DNA of 61,285 nucleotides from an uncultured Anaerolinea sp. (lineage in GTDB: Bacteria > Chloroflexota > Limnocylindria > Limnocylindrales > CSP1-4), in assembly GCA_964625345.1 (NCBI GenBank), contig CAZVDO010000004.1, positions 14,291 to 75,575 of the forward strand, in the 5' to 3' direction. This document shows positions 45,701 to 52,574 of the stretch, one piece after another. A program made the translations under genes and the position numbers. The notes below the pieces were generated by a model, which saw only the letters and a program-made list of their open reading frames with translations, was not told the origin of the DNA and made no database searches. Positions within the stretch are counted from its first letter, which is position 1, and every line of letters begins with the position of its first letter.

Positions 45701-46287
45701 GCCTGGACGTAGGCCGCGTAGTCGGCGTAGCGATAGGCGTGCCGTTCGGCGTCGCCCGTGACCACGGTGAGGAACTCCGGTGCGACGCCCTGCAGCTGTT
45801 CGAGGCGCGCCGCGTAGACGCACATCTGGATAAGCGCCGCGCCCCGGACGTGGGCGGCAAGCTTCGTGTCCGCGACGTCGTAGCTCCACGACCCGAGGTC
45901 GGAGGGCCGGTCGTCTCGCCGGACCAGGAAGTCCGGATGGCCGCGCCAGCGACCATCGAACGTGGTCGCCTGGAAGATCACGTCCGTCCCGCTCCGCATC
46001 GCGGCGACGGTCTCCGCCTCGGCCGACCGCAGCTCATCCGGCGTGCGCGGCTCCCGCAGGGTCATCTCGACCACGACGCGCCCGGCGGCGGTCAGGCGCG
46101 CGATCTCCTCCTGTTCGTGCTGATAGCCGCGGCGGCGAAGCAGGTCGAGCTGGGGATCCTCGTGAAAGGGGCGCTCAAGCTCGCCCCGGGCACGGGCCAG
46201 TTCGAGGCCGACCAGGTGGTCGCACTCGAGGAAGCCGACGAGGTCGGTGGCCGAGACGACGAGCGTCCCGTCGGAATGTCGCTGCAC
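42721..46287 (-). CDS. RecB-like (Cas4/PD-(D/E)xK, TM0106-type) nuclease fused to a DNA2/Upf1-like SF1 helicase
   Basis: 1188-aa ORF with a GTG start. N-terminus SATDLVGFLECDHL...CDICPWWTRC (Cys cluster). Middle segment VYHYGAYESGALKRL (RNase-H-like fold). C-terminal helicase motifs IQGPPGTGKTYT, VDEAGQ, LLGDPNQLPQV, VDLFQGRE. Confidence 0.9.
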   Translation of the reverse strand: MQRHSDGTLVVSATDLVGFLECDHLVGLELARARGELERPFHEDPQLDLLRRRGYQHEQEEIARLTAAGRVVVEMTLREPRTPDELRSAEAETVAAMRSGTDVIFQATTFDGRWRGHPDFLVRRDDRPSDLGSWSYDVADTKLAAHVRGAALIQMCVYAARLEQLQGVAPEFLTVVTGDAERHAYRYADYAAYVQAARERFEARVFEASDAATPPTYPEPVGHCDICPWWTRCMDQRRADDHLSIVAGATRVQRRKLVEGGVTTRRALADLEPGAPIAAMQPRVLDRLRRQAALQVRGEATGRPHYELLEPTPGDAGRGLAALPPPSPLDLFFDLEADHLAMQGGLEYLWGWVDVDGPGAEPAFHVQWAHDRAAEKAALESFVDLVMDRLRQDPGMHVYHYGAYESGALKRLMQRHATREDEIDALLRGKVLVNLYDHVVRQALLASVESYSIKRLEPFYMPEREGGITNAGFSIVEYERWIETQDPEILEAIAAYNRDDCLSNLGLRNWLESLRVEALATHPEWYPDGVVPRPGPGEPEPAAKVTERSAKAREREDALRAGIPADAAERSPDEQARWLLAGLVSWHRREAKPQWWDQYRLREGDAETLFEDPNALAGLQLVEELGTVKTRVVRRYAFDPRQDTRIDVGSAGGLYGAETKPAGVDVVAIDPLAGTVDLKDASGKSSPRAIIPNGPYNTDAQEEAIGRVADQVIASQAAGHAFADTGPRRAARELVARHPPRFRDHAGGPLRANDETALDAARRLGLALDGTVLAIQGPPGTGKTYTAARMILDLVRAGRVVGITAQSHRVIGNALKSVAAAFAEAGEVVRLGHRSDDETDIEPNLGIERIGTNERAVIAVRDREIDVLGGTSWLWSRLDMEQSIDVLFVDEAGQFSLANTVAVAGAADSLVLLGDPNQLPQVSTGVHPEGAAASALEHLIGDARTIAPDRGLLLDTTWRLHPDVNAFISPAYYDGRVTTEARTARQRLAPGAPLGGTGVRFVPVAHEDRGNRAPEEAAWVIDAIASLIGRPWVDALGRERPIELADMLVVAPYNAQVAEIRRQGRVAFGTEPNAGTVDLFQGREAPVAIYSMATSSPDDAPRDLEFLYSGNRLNVAISRAQGLAALVANPDLFLVACRTPEQMRLLNGFHLYLRRAAEQEAGTRGATPPAGGTKPGPRPGIERPTLGL

Positions 46288-46295
46288 TGCCGACC

Positions 46296-46301
46296 ACTCT
46301 A
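46296..46301 (-). promoter_or_regulatory. Candidate -10 element TAGAGT 8 nt upstream of the nuclease-helicase GTG (leaderless pattern)
   Basis: Reverse strand reads TAGAGT-ggtcggca-GTG. Confidence 0.4.
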
Positions 46302-46322
46302 GCCGCCGGTCGTGCCAGCTTG

Positions 46323-46358
46323 CCTGTCACGGGCCGCCGACACCCTGTCACGGGCCGC
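46323..46358. repeat. Perfect 15-nt direct repeat cctgtcacgggccgc x2, 21-nt period
   Basis: Copies at 46323-46337 and 46344-46358, read directly. They lie 36-71 nt upstream of the nuclease-helicase start, abutting where a -35 would be. Confidence 0.65.
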
Positions 46359-46381
46359 AGGCACCCGATCGCGCTCGCGAC

Positions 46382-47737
46382 TCAGCCGAAGAGCGCGACG
46401 ACGGCGTCCTCGAACACCTCGGTGTGTCGGTCCACGTCCGCGGCCGTGGTGGCCGGCGACATGAGGGCCATGTTGTGGAAGGGCGTCATGAGGATGCCCC
46501 GGTTCATCGCCCAGAGGTGGAGGAAGCGCTCGAGTTCGGGGTCCGCGTGGTCCCACTGCTCGCGACCGGTGCGCGGCCGGGTCGGCATGAAGTGGTACTC
46601 GGCGCGCGCCCCCAGCCTGGTCACGTGCCACGGCACGCCATGGCGCGCGAGGACGTCGTTGACCCCGGCTTCCCAGCGCTCGGCGAGCGGGATCATCGTG
46701 GCGAACGCCTCCTCGGTCAGGACCTCGCCGAGGGTCGCCCGGATGGCCGCCAGGGACAGGGCGTAGCCCGCGAGCGTGCCCCCGATGCCCCCGATGTCGA
46801 TGTCCTGGAGGTCCGTGCTGGCCGCGATGCGGTCGGCCACCTCGGTGGTCATGCCGTAGGCTGCGGCCGGGATCCCGCCTCCGATGGTCTTGCCGATGAC
46901 GAGCATGTCCGGCGAATAGCCGCCGCGACCGGTCACGCCGCCCGGACCCGCGCAGATCGTGTGGGTCTCGTCGTGGATGAGGATCGTGCCGTGCCGGCGG
47001 GTGATCTCGCGGACGCCCTCCAGGTACCCGTCCTCGGGCAGCACGATCCCGACATTCGTGAGGGCGGGCTCGATGAGCAGGGCGGCAACGTGGCCGTCGG
47101 CGAGCGCCGCGTCCAGCGCCGGGAGATCGTTGAAGGGCACCACCCGGGTGGTCAGCGCCGGGTTCACCTGCGGGCCGATGTTGCCGCGGGTCGCCTCGAC
47201 CCGGCCGTCGTCGGTGAGCCAGGCAAACGTCTCGTCGACCGTGCCGTGGTAGTTGCGGTCGTGCACGGCGACCAGCGGCCGGCCCGTGATGGCCCGGGCT
47301 AACCGGAGCGAGAACCGGTTGGCGTCGGTGGCCGTGATCGCGAACTGCCAGGTCGGCAGCCCGAACCGCCGCGCCAGCTCTTCGCCCGCCCAGGCCGCAT
47401 CCTCGGTCGGCAGCATGTGGGTGATGCCCCGACGCAGGTGGCGTTCGACCGCGGCGATCGTCGGCGCCGGGCCGTGACCGGCCATCGCCCCGGTGTCGCC
47501 GAGGCAGAAGTCGATGTAGTCGTGCCCGTCGACGTCGCGTACGCGCGCGCCGGCCGCGGACTCGACGAACGGGGGGAACGCGCTGGCCCACTTGATCATC
47601 CAGTGCATCGGCACGCCGCCGAGCAGGGACCGGCCGGCCCGGGCATGGAGCTCGGCGCTGCGAGGATGGCGAGCCAGGAAGGCGGCCTGTTCCTCGGCCA
47701 TCCGTGCCTCGAGCCGAACCCGGTCGAGGGTGGTCAT
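46382..47737 (-). CDS. Class-III PLP aminotransferase (glutamate-1-semialdehyde-aminomutase-like)
   Basis: ORF 46382-47761. ATG 47737 is preferred and 47761 is possible. Motifs DVDGHDYIDFCLGDTGAMAGHGP and LIHDETHT. Confidence 0.88.
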   Translation of the reverse strand: MTTLDRVRLEARMAEEQAAFLARHPRSAELHARAGRSLLGGVPMHWMIKWASAFPPFVESAAGARVRDVDGHDYIDFCLGDTGAMAGHGPAPTIAAVERHLRRGITHMLPTEDAAWAGEELARRFGLPTWQFAITATDANRFSLRLARAITGRPLVAVHDRNYHGTVDETFAWLTDDGRVEATRGNIGPQVNPALTTRVVPFNDLPALDAALADGHVAALLIEPALTNVGIVLPEDGYLEGVREITRRHGTILIHDETHTICAGPGGVTGRGGYSPDMLVIGKTIGGGIPAAAYGMTTEVADRIAASTDLQDIDIGGIGGTLAGYALSLAAIRATLGEVLTEEAFATMIPLAERWEAGVNDVLARHGVPWHVTRLGARAEYHFMPTRPRTGREQWDHADPELERFLHLWAMNRGILMTPFHNMALMSPATTAADVDRHTEVFEDAVVALFG

Positions 47738-47872
47738 GCAAGGGCCTTCATGCAGCGGCACGCTGGCGGGTCATGGCCAGATGATGAGGGCGCGGCCGCC
47801 GGCGCGCCGCCGTGTTGCGTCGCCCGGGTCGCGGCGAATCCGCGGACCGCGGAGCGCCCCGGGCTGGGCGGC

Positions 47873-48061
47873 CTAGTTCAGGTGCCGGCGATACCCGCAG
47901 ATCGGGCAGGTGGCGACCTTCGACTCGGGATCGACCTCGAGGAAGGAGGCGCAGCCGTTGGTGCCGCAATACAGGTGGTGGGAAACGGCCGATCGGCGGC
48001 GCTGGCGGCGAATGGCCGCAGCCCGACCGACGGTCGAGGTGTGAAGCGTGCGCGTGAGCAT
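47873..48061 (-). CDS. Small basic zinc-ribbon protein (62 aa)
   Basis: Inside ORF 47873-48130. ATG 48061 gives MLTRTLHTSTVGRAAAIRRQRRRSAVSHHLYCGTNGCASFLEVDPESKVATCPICGYRRHLN (Cx4C...CxxC). I cannot name a family. Confidence 0.5.
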   Translation of the reverse strand: MLTRTLHTSTVGRAAAIRRQRRRSAVSHHLYCGTNGCASFLEVDPESKVATCPICGYRRHLN

Positions 48062-48507
48062 GTGGGTCCCGTGTGTTCCTTCGTGCCGTGCGCCCAGGGT
48101 GTGATGGGCCCGTCGCGCGGTCTGGTGCAACGCGCTGCATGCTGTTGCAAGCGCGGTACTGGTGGGGGATCCGGGCGGCGATCGCGGGAGCCAGTCGATC
48201 CGATCTCTCTGTCGTTCGATGCTCTGACCTGCGGCCGTCTCGGCGGATCCGGTTGTCGATATCCAGCATGGTCGGCGCGTCGTATCCTGTCAAACGGTCC
48301 GTTGGTACTACGAGATGCCGATTGCGGCATCGCAACCTTGCCTTCACCGGCCGTTGGTTGCACTCACCGGCTCGCCTTGGCAGATTCCGGGGCGACGCCC
48401 CGGAGGGGATGGCTGGAGCGTGCCGGCCGTCGGGGCGGGGGAGTGCCGAGGACCGCGGAGCGGCGTCCCGGCGCCCGATCGACACCACACCATGGCTGGA
48501 GGAATTC

Positions 48508-49728
48508 GTGGCGAGCCTGAGCATCACCCAACGTCGTGACCCGCAGCAGGACGCGGGGGGATCGGGCCGGCGGCGGCCCACACGGGCCCGGTTCGCGTGG
48601 GCGGCGGCAGCGGCCGCATTGGCGGCGGCATCGCTCGCGCCGGCTGCGTTCGCGGCCGATCCCCTCCAGATCACGACCTCGTACCCGGCGATCGTCGTGG
48701 CCCCGGGCGCGAAGGTGAGCTTCAACGTCTCGATCACCACGACCACGCCGCAGCGCGTCGACCTCGCCCTTGCCGGAGCCCCAGCCTCGTGGAACGCCAA
48801 GCTCCACGGCGGTGGGTTCGTGGTGGACGCGGTCGAGACCAACGGGACAGACGCGACCACGGTTCGCGTGGACCTCGAGGTCCCGTCGGACGCCTCCGGC
48901 ACGACGCGGCTCACCCTCACGGGTCGCACGGCGGCCGATACGGTGACCCTGCCGCTCGAGGTCCGGGTGGACCCGAACGCCTCGGGCGCCATCTCCATCA
49001 AGAACGACATCCCGGCCCTGCGCGGCCCGAGCACGCAGACGTTCAACTTCAGCCTGTCGGTCGTGAACGACACGACCGAGGACGAGACCTTCTCGGCCAC
49101 CGGCGCCGGGCCGACCGGGTGGACGGTCAACACGACGCTGACCGGACAGAGCCAGGCGGCCTCCGCGGTCGTCAAGGCGAACTCCACTGCCGGGATCACG
49201 GTGGCGGTCACGCCGCCCGCGACCGTCGACGCCGGGACCTACAAGCTCCAGGTCGCCACCAGCGTGGCCGGCCAGACGCTCATCTCGGACCTCCAGGTCG
49301 AGATCACGGGCACGTACACGATGACCCTCGGGACCACCGACGGCCGCCTGAACGCCCGGGGCGGCGCCGGGTCCGCGTCCACGCTCGCGTTCGAGGTCAC
49401 CAACACCGGCACCGCGCCGATCACGAACGTGACCATCAGCGGGAACGGCCCCACCGACTGGACGATCACCTTCGACAACGCCACGATCGCCTCGCTCGCG
49501 CCGAGCGCCACGCAGACCGTGACGGCCACCATCACCGCGTCCGGGAACGCGATCGCGGGCGACTATCCGCTGACGTTCGCGGTCACCGGCGACAACGCGA
49601 CGCGCGAGAGCGTCGAGATCCGGTACACGGTCGAGACCTCACCCCTCTGGGGCGTGGTCGGGGCCGCGCTGATCGTCGCCGTCGTGGCCGGGGTCTGGTA
49701 CGTCTTCCAGCGCTACGGGCGCCGGTAG
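48508..49728 (+). CDS. NEW3-domain / COG1470-like cell-surface protein (signal peptide, tandem beta-sandwich repeats, C-terminal TM anchor)
   Basis: ORF 48073-49728 trimmed to GTG 48508, which is preceded by ggagga. Signal region RRRPTRARFAWAAAAAALAAASLAPAAFA, repeated T/V/N-rich modules (LAFEVTNTGTAPITNVTISGNGPTDWTITFD) and anchor LWGVVGAALIVAVVAGVWYVF. Confidence 0.8.
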   Translation: MASLSITQRRDPQQDAGGSGRRRPTRARFAWAAAAAALAAASLAPAAFAADPLQITTSYPAIVVAPGAKVSFNVSITTTTPQRVDLALAGAPASWNAKLHGGGFVVDAVETNGTDATTVRVDLEVPSDASGTTRLTLTGRTAADTVTLPLEVRVDPNASGAISIKNDIPALRGPSTQTFNFSLSVVNDTTEDETFSATGAGPTGWTVNTTLTGQSQAASAVVKANSTAGITVAVTPPATVDAGTYKLQVATSVAGQTLISDLQVEITGTYTMTLGTTDGRLNARGGAGSASTLAFEVTNTGTAPITNVTISGNGPTDWTITFDNATIASLAPSATQTVTATITASGNAIAGDYPLTFAVTGDNATRESVEIRYTVETSPLWGVVGAALIVAVVAGVWYVFQRYGRR

Positions 49729-49732
49729 CCTC

Positions 49733-50809
49733 ATGACCCAGTCGGTAGCGACGCGGCCCGGTCGCCGGCGCCGCGGGAATCACCCGGCCGGCGCGGCGCC
49801 GGCCGGGAGCAGCCCGGACAATCCGATCCGCGCCCGGGGGCTGACGAAGCACTACGGCGACCTCGTCGCCGTGGATGCGCTGGACCTCGAGATCAGGCCC
49901 GGCGAGATCTTCGGCCTGCTCGGCAAGAACGGTGCGGGCAAGACCACCACGATCCTCATGCTCCTCGGGCTCACCGAACCGACGGGCGGCGCCGCCCGCG
50001 TGCTCGGTATGGACCCCACGCGCAAGCCGCGCGAGATCAAGCGGCGGGTGGGGTACCTGCCGGACGCGGTGGGCTTCTACGGCCGGATGACCGGCCGGGA
50101 AAACCTGCGCTACACGGCGCGATTGAATGGACTCCCGAAGGACGCCATCGAGGGGACCCTTGACGAGGTCCTCGAGCAGGTCGGCCTGACCGATCGGGCG
50201 GATTCGCCGACCGACACGTACTCGCGGGGCATGCTCCAGCGCCTGGGCATCGCCGACGCGCTGCTCAAGGAACCCGATGTGCTCATCCTCGACGAGCCCA
50301 CGACCTCGATCGATCCGCTCGGGGTGATCGAGATCCTGGCACTCCTCCGGCAACTGGTGGACGAGCGGGGGATGACGATCCTCCTCTCGAGCCACCTGCT
50401 CGGCCAGGTCCAGTCGGTGTGCGATCGCGTCGGCATCTTCGCCGCGGGCAAGCTCATCGGCGTCGGCACGGTGACCGAGCTCGAGGAGCGCTTCGGCGAC
50501 GGAGCCGCCCACCTCGCGATCGAGGTCGCGGAGCAGGCGGCCGGAAAGGATCCAGCCGACCTCCGGACCGTGCTCGGCGACATCCCCGGGCTCGAGATCG
50601 GGACATACGACCGGCTCACGCACACGTGGTCGGCAACCGTACGCCCCGCCTCCCGGTCCGATGCCGTGCGCGAACAGATCGTCGCGGCTGCCGTCCGGTC
50701 CGGGCTGCGCCTCACGGGCCTGCGCCAGGTCCAGGCGTCGTTGGAGGACCTGTACCGCGTCGCCGTCGCGGCGGTCGACGCGGGTCGAACGACCGAGGTG
50801 CCGGCATGA
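49733..50809 (+). CDS. ABC transporter ATP-binding protein
   Basis: 358-aa ORF. Walker A GKNGAGKTTT, signature YSRGMLQRLGIA, Walker B LILDEPTTSID. Confidence 0.92.
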   Translation: MTQSVATRPGRRRRGNHPAGAAPAGSSPDNPIRARGLTKHYGDLVAVDALDLEIRPGEIFGLLGKNGAGKTTTILMLLGLTEPTGGAARVLGMDPTRKPREIKRRVGYLPDAVGFYGRMTGRENLRYTARLNGLPKDAIEGTLDEVLEQVGLTDRADSPTDTYSRGMLQRLGIADALLKEPDVLILDEPTTSIDPLGVIEILALLRQLVDERGMTILLSSHLLGQVQSVCDRVGIFAAGKLIGVGTVTELEERFGDGAAHLAIEVAEQAAGKDPADLRTVLGDIPGLEIGTYDRLTHTWSATVRPASRSDAVREQIVAAAVRSGLRLTGLRQVQASLEDLYRVAVAAVDAGRTTEVPA

Positions 50810-51849
50810 CCGCCGAATCCGCGACCGCCGAACCCGCCCTCGCTCCCGTGGAACCTGCGGCGCTCGAACCGCGGGCGGCCCGCCTGCCGACGGGGTGGCG
50901 CGTCGTGGCCGCGAAGGAGCTCGCCGACCACGTGACGAGTGCTCGCTTCTACGTGCTCCTCGTGGTCCTCGGCCTGGTGGCGCTGGTGCCGCTCTATTTC
51001 GCCACCGATGCGATCCGGTCCGTGGCTTCCCAGGTCACGGATTCTCGGTACGCCTTCGTCTCGCTCTTCCTGGTCGCCCCGTCCGACCTGCCGATCCCGA
51101 ACGTCTTCGCGTTCGTCGGCCTCGTCGCACCGCTCCTGGGCGTCGCGCTCTCGTTCGACGCCATCAACTCGGAGCGCGCCGGCGGCACACTGCCACGCCT
51201 CGTGTCCCAGCCGATCTACCGCGACGACGTCATCAACGGCAAGTTCGCGGCCGGGTTGGCCGCGATCACCCTCGCGTTCGTAGCGGTGATCGGGATCATC
51301 GCCGGCTTCGCGTTCATCCGGCTGGGCGTCGTGCCCAGCCTCGACGAGGTGTTCCGGATCCTGCTGTGGCTCCTGGTGGCGATCATCTGGGTCGGCCTGT
51401 GGCTCGCCTTCGGCCTGTACCTGTCGGTCGTCGTCCGCCAGACCGCCACCGCGGCGCTCATCGGCTTCGGGGTCTGGTTCTTCAGCACCTTCCTCGGCCA
51501 GCTCATCGCCGGGCTCATCGCCGGCGCGCTGACGCCCATCGTGACGGCCGGCGCGGACGTTCCGGCGCTCGCCTCGAAGGTCTTCAGCGATTCGATCCTC
51601 CGGATCCTGCCGTTGACGATCTACAACGAGGCGTCCCGGGTGATCCTGAACCCCACCGCCACCACGGTGTCGACGCCCTCGACCATCGAGCAGGTCACCC
51701 AGTGGCAGCAGCAGGTCCAGGGCCAGCTCATCGCGCTCGACCAGAGCCTGTTGCTCGTGTGGGGGCACCTCGTGGCCCTCGTTGCCCTGACCTCGATCTT
51801 CTTCGCGGCCGCGTACATCAAGTTCATGCGCCAGGAAGTCCGCGCCTAG
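50806..51849 (+). CDS. ABC-2-type transporter permease
   Basis: ORF 50419-51849 trimmed to ATG 50806 (ATGA overlap with the ATPase stop). Six predicted TM segments. Confidence 0.8.
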   Translation: MTAESATAEPALAPVEPAALEPRAARLPTGWRVVAAKELADHVTSARFYVLLVVLGLVALVPLYFATDAIRSVASQVTDSRYAFVSLFLVAPSDLPIPNVFAFVGLVAPLLGVALSFDAINSERAGGTLPRLVSQPIYRDDVINGKFAAGLAAITLAFVAVIGIIAGFAFIRLGVVPSLDEVFRILLWLLVAIIWVGLWLAFGLYLSVVVRQTATAALIGFGVWFFSTFLGQLIAGLIAGALTPIVTAGADVPALASKVFSDSILRILPLTIYNEASRVILNPTATTVSTPSTIEQVTQWQQQVQGQLIALDQSLLLVWGHLVALVALTSIFFAAAYIKFMRQEVRA

Positions 51850-51894
51850 CGGCGCGGAATCGTTTCCCCCGGCGCACCGGCGTACGCTGCCCCG

Positions 51895-52557
51895 ATGACG
51901 GGACCGCGCTGCTCCTGCTGTTACGACGACGAGTTCGACGCGAATCTCGCCGCCGCGGAGCTGCGCCGGTATCGACGCTCGGGGCCCGGTCGCGCCTCGC
52001 ACGCGCTGGCTCAGGCGCTGGCACGGGGCGGGGTGGCCGACCTGACCGTCCTGGACATCGGTGCCGGCATCGGATCCGTGCACCTCGAGTTGCTCGCGCT
52101 CGGGGCCGCCGCGGCCGTCGACGCGGACGCGTCCGGCCCGTACCTGGCCGCGGCTCGGTCGGAGGCGGAGCGGCGCGGCGTGGTTGATCGCGTGACGTAT
52201 GTGCACGGCGACGCGATCGCGGCGGGGCCCGCCATCGGCCCCGCCGACCTCGTGGCGATGGATCGGGTCGCGTGCTGCTACGGGGATGTCGACGCCCTTG
52301 TGGGATTCGCGGCGGCGCGGACGCGCCGCCGCCTCGGCATCGTGGTCCCGCCCGACCATGCCCTCGCTCGATTCGTGGTCGGCGGTGTCAACGTCTGGCA
52401 GCGGATTCGCCGGTCGTCCTTCCGGATGTACGCACACCCCCACGGAAGGATCGCCGCCGCTGCGGTGCGCGAGGGCCTGATCCCGAACGGCAGCGAGTCG
52501 GTCGGGACGTGGCGCCTGCTGCTCTTCGAGCGACCGGTGCGGATCGCGGACGGGTAA
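51895..52557 (+). CDS. Class-I SAM-dependent methyltransferase with N-terminal Cys motif
   Basis: 220-aa ORF. Motif I VLDIGAGIGSV. N-terminus MTGPRCSCCYDDEFD. Confidence 0.78.
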   Translation: MTGPRCSCCYDDEFDANLAAAELRRYRRSGPGRASHALAQALARGGVADLTVLDIGAGIGSVHLELLALGAAAAVDADASGPYLAAARSEAERRGVVDRVTYVHGDAIAAGPAIGPADLVAMDRVACCYGDVDALVGFAAARTRRRLGIVVPPDHALARFVVGGVNVWQRIRRSSFRMYAHPHGRIAAAAVREGLIPNGSESVGTWRLLLFERPVRIADG

Positions 52558-52574
52558 CCCGCAGGGAAGGCGGT

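Noticed and set aside
42838-46302. 1154-aa + strand ORF
   Set aside because: It is antisense to the nuclease-helicase gene, whose motifs (Walker A, Cys cluster) are unambiguous on the other strand.
46323-46358. Possible CRISPR array
   Set aside because: There are only two copies of a 15-nt unit with a 6-nt spacer and no cas genes. It is far below CRISPR repeat and spacer sizes.
46288-46381. SOS (LexA) box or RecA-independent PafBC-type damage promoter upstream of the nuclease-helicase
   Set aside because: No TCGAAC-N4-GTTCGA is present. A TGTCGGCG string between the repeats is not followed by a TANNNT at the 8-nt spacing required by the RecA-NDp motif as I remember it.
48387-48403. Guanidine-II (mini-ykkC) riboswitch hairpin, attractive because of the DDAH-like cluster in the window
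   Set aside because: The loop is GAC (or CGACG), not the conserved ACGR tetraloop. There is no second matching hairpin, and the downstream genes are not guanidine transporters or carboxylases.
48073-48507. In-frame 145-codon extension upstream of the NEW3 gene
   Set aside because: The translation is Arg/Cys/Ser-rich and not protein-like. GTG 48508 has a ggagga SD, and the signal peptide starts right after it.
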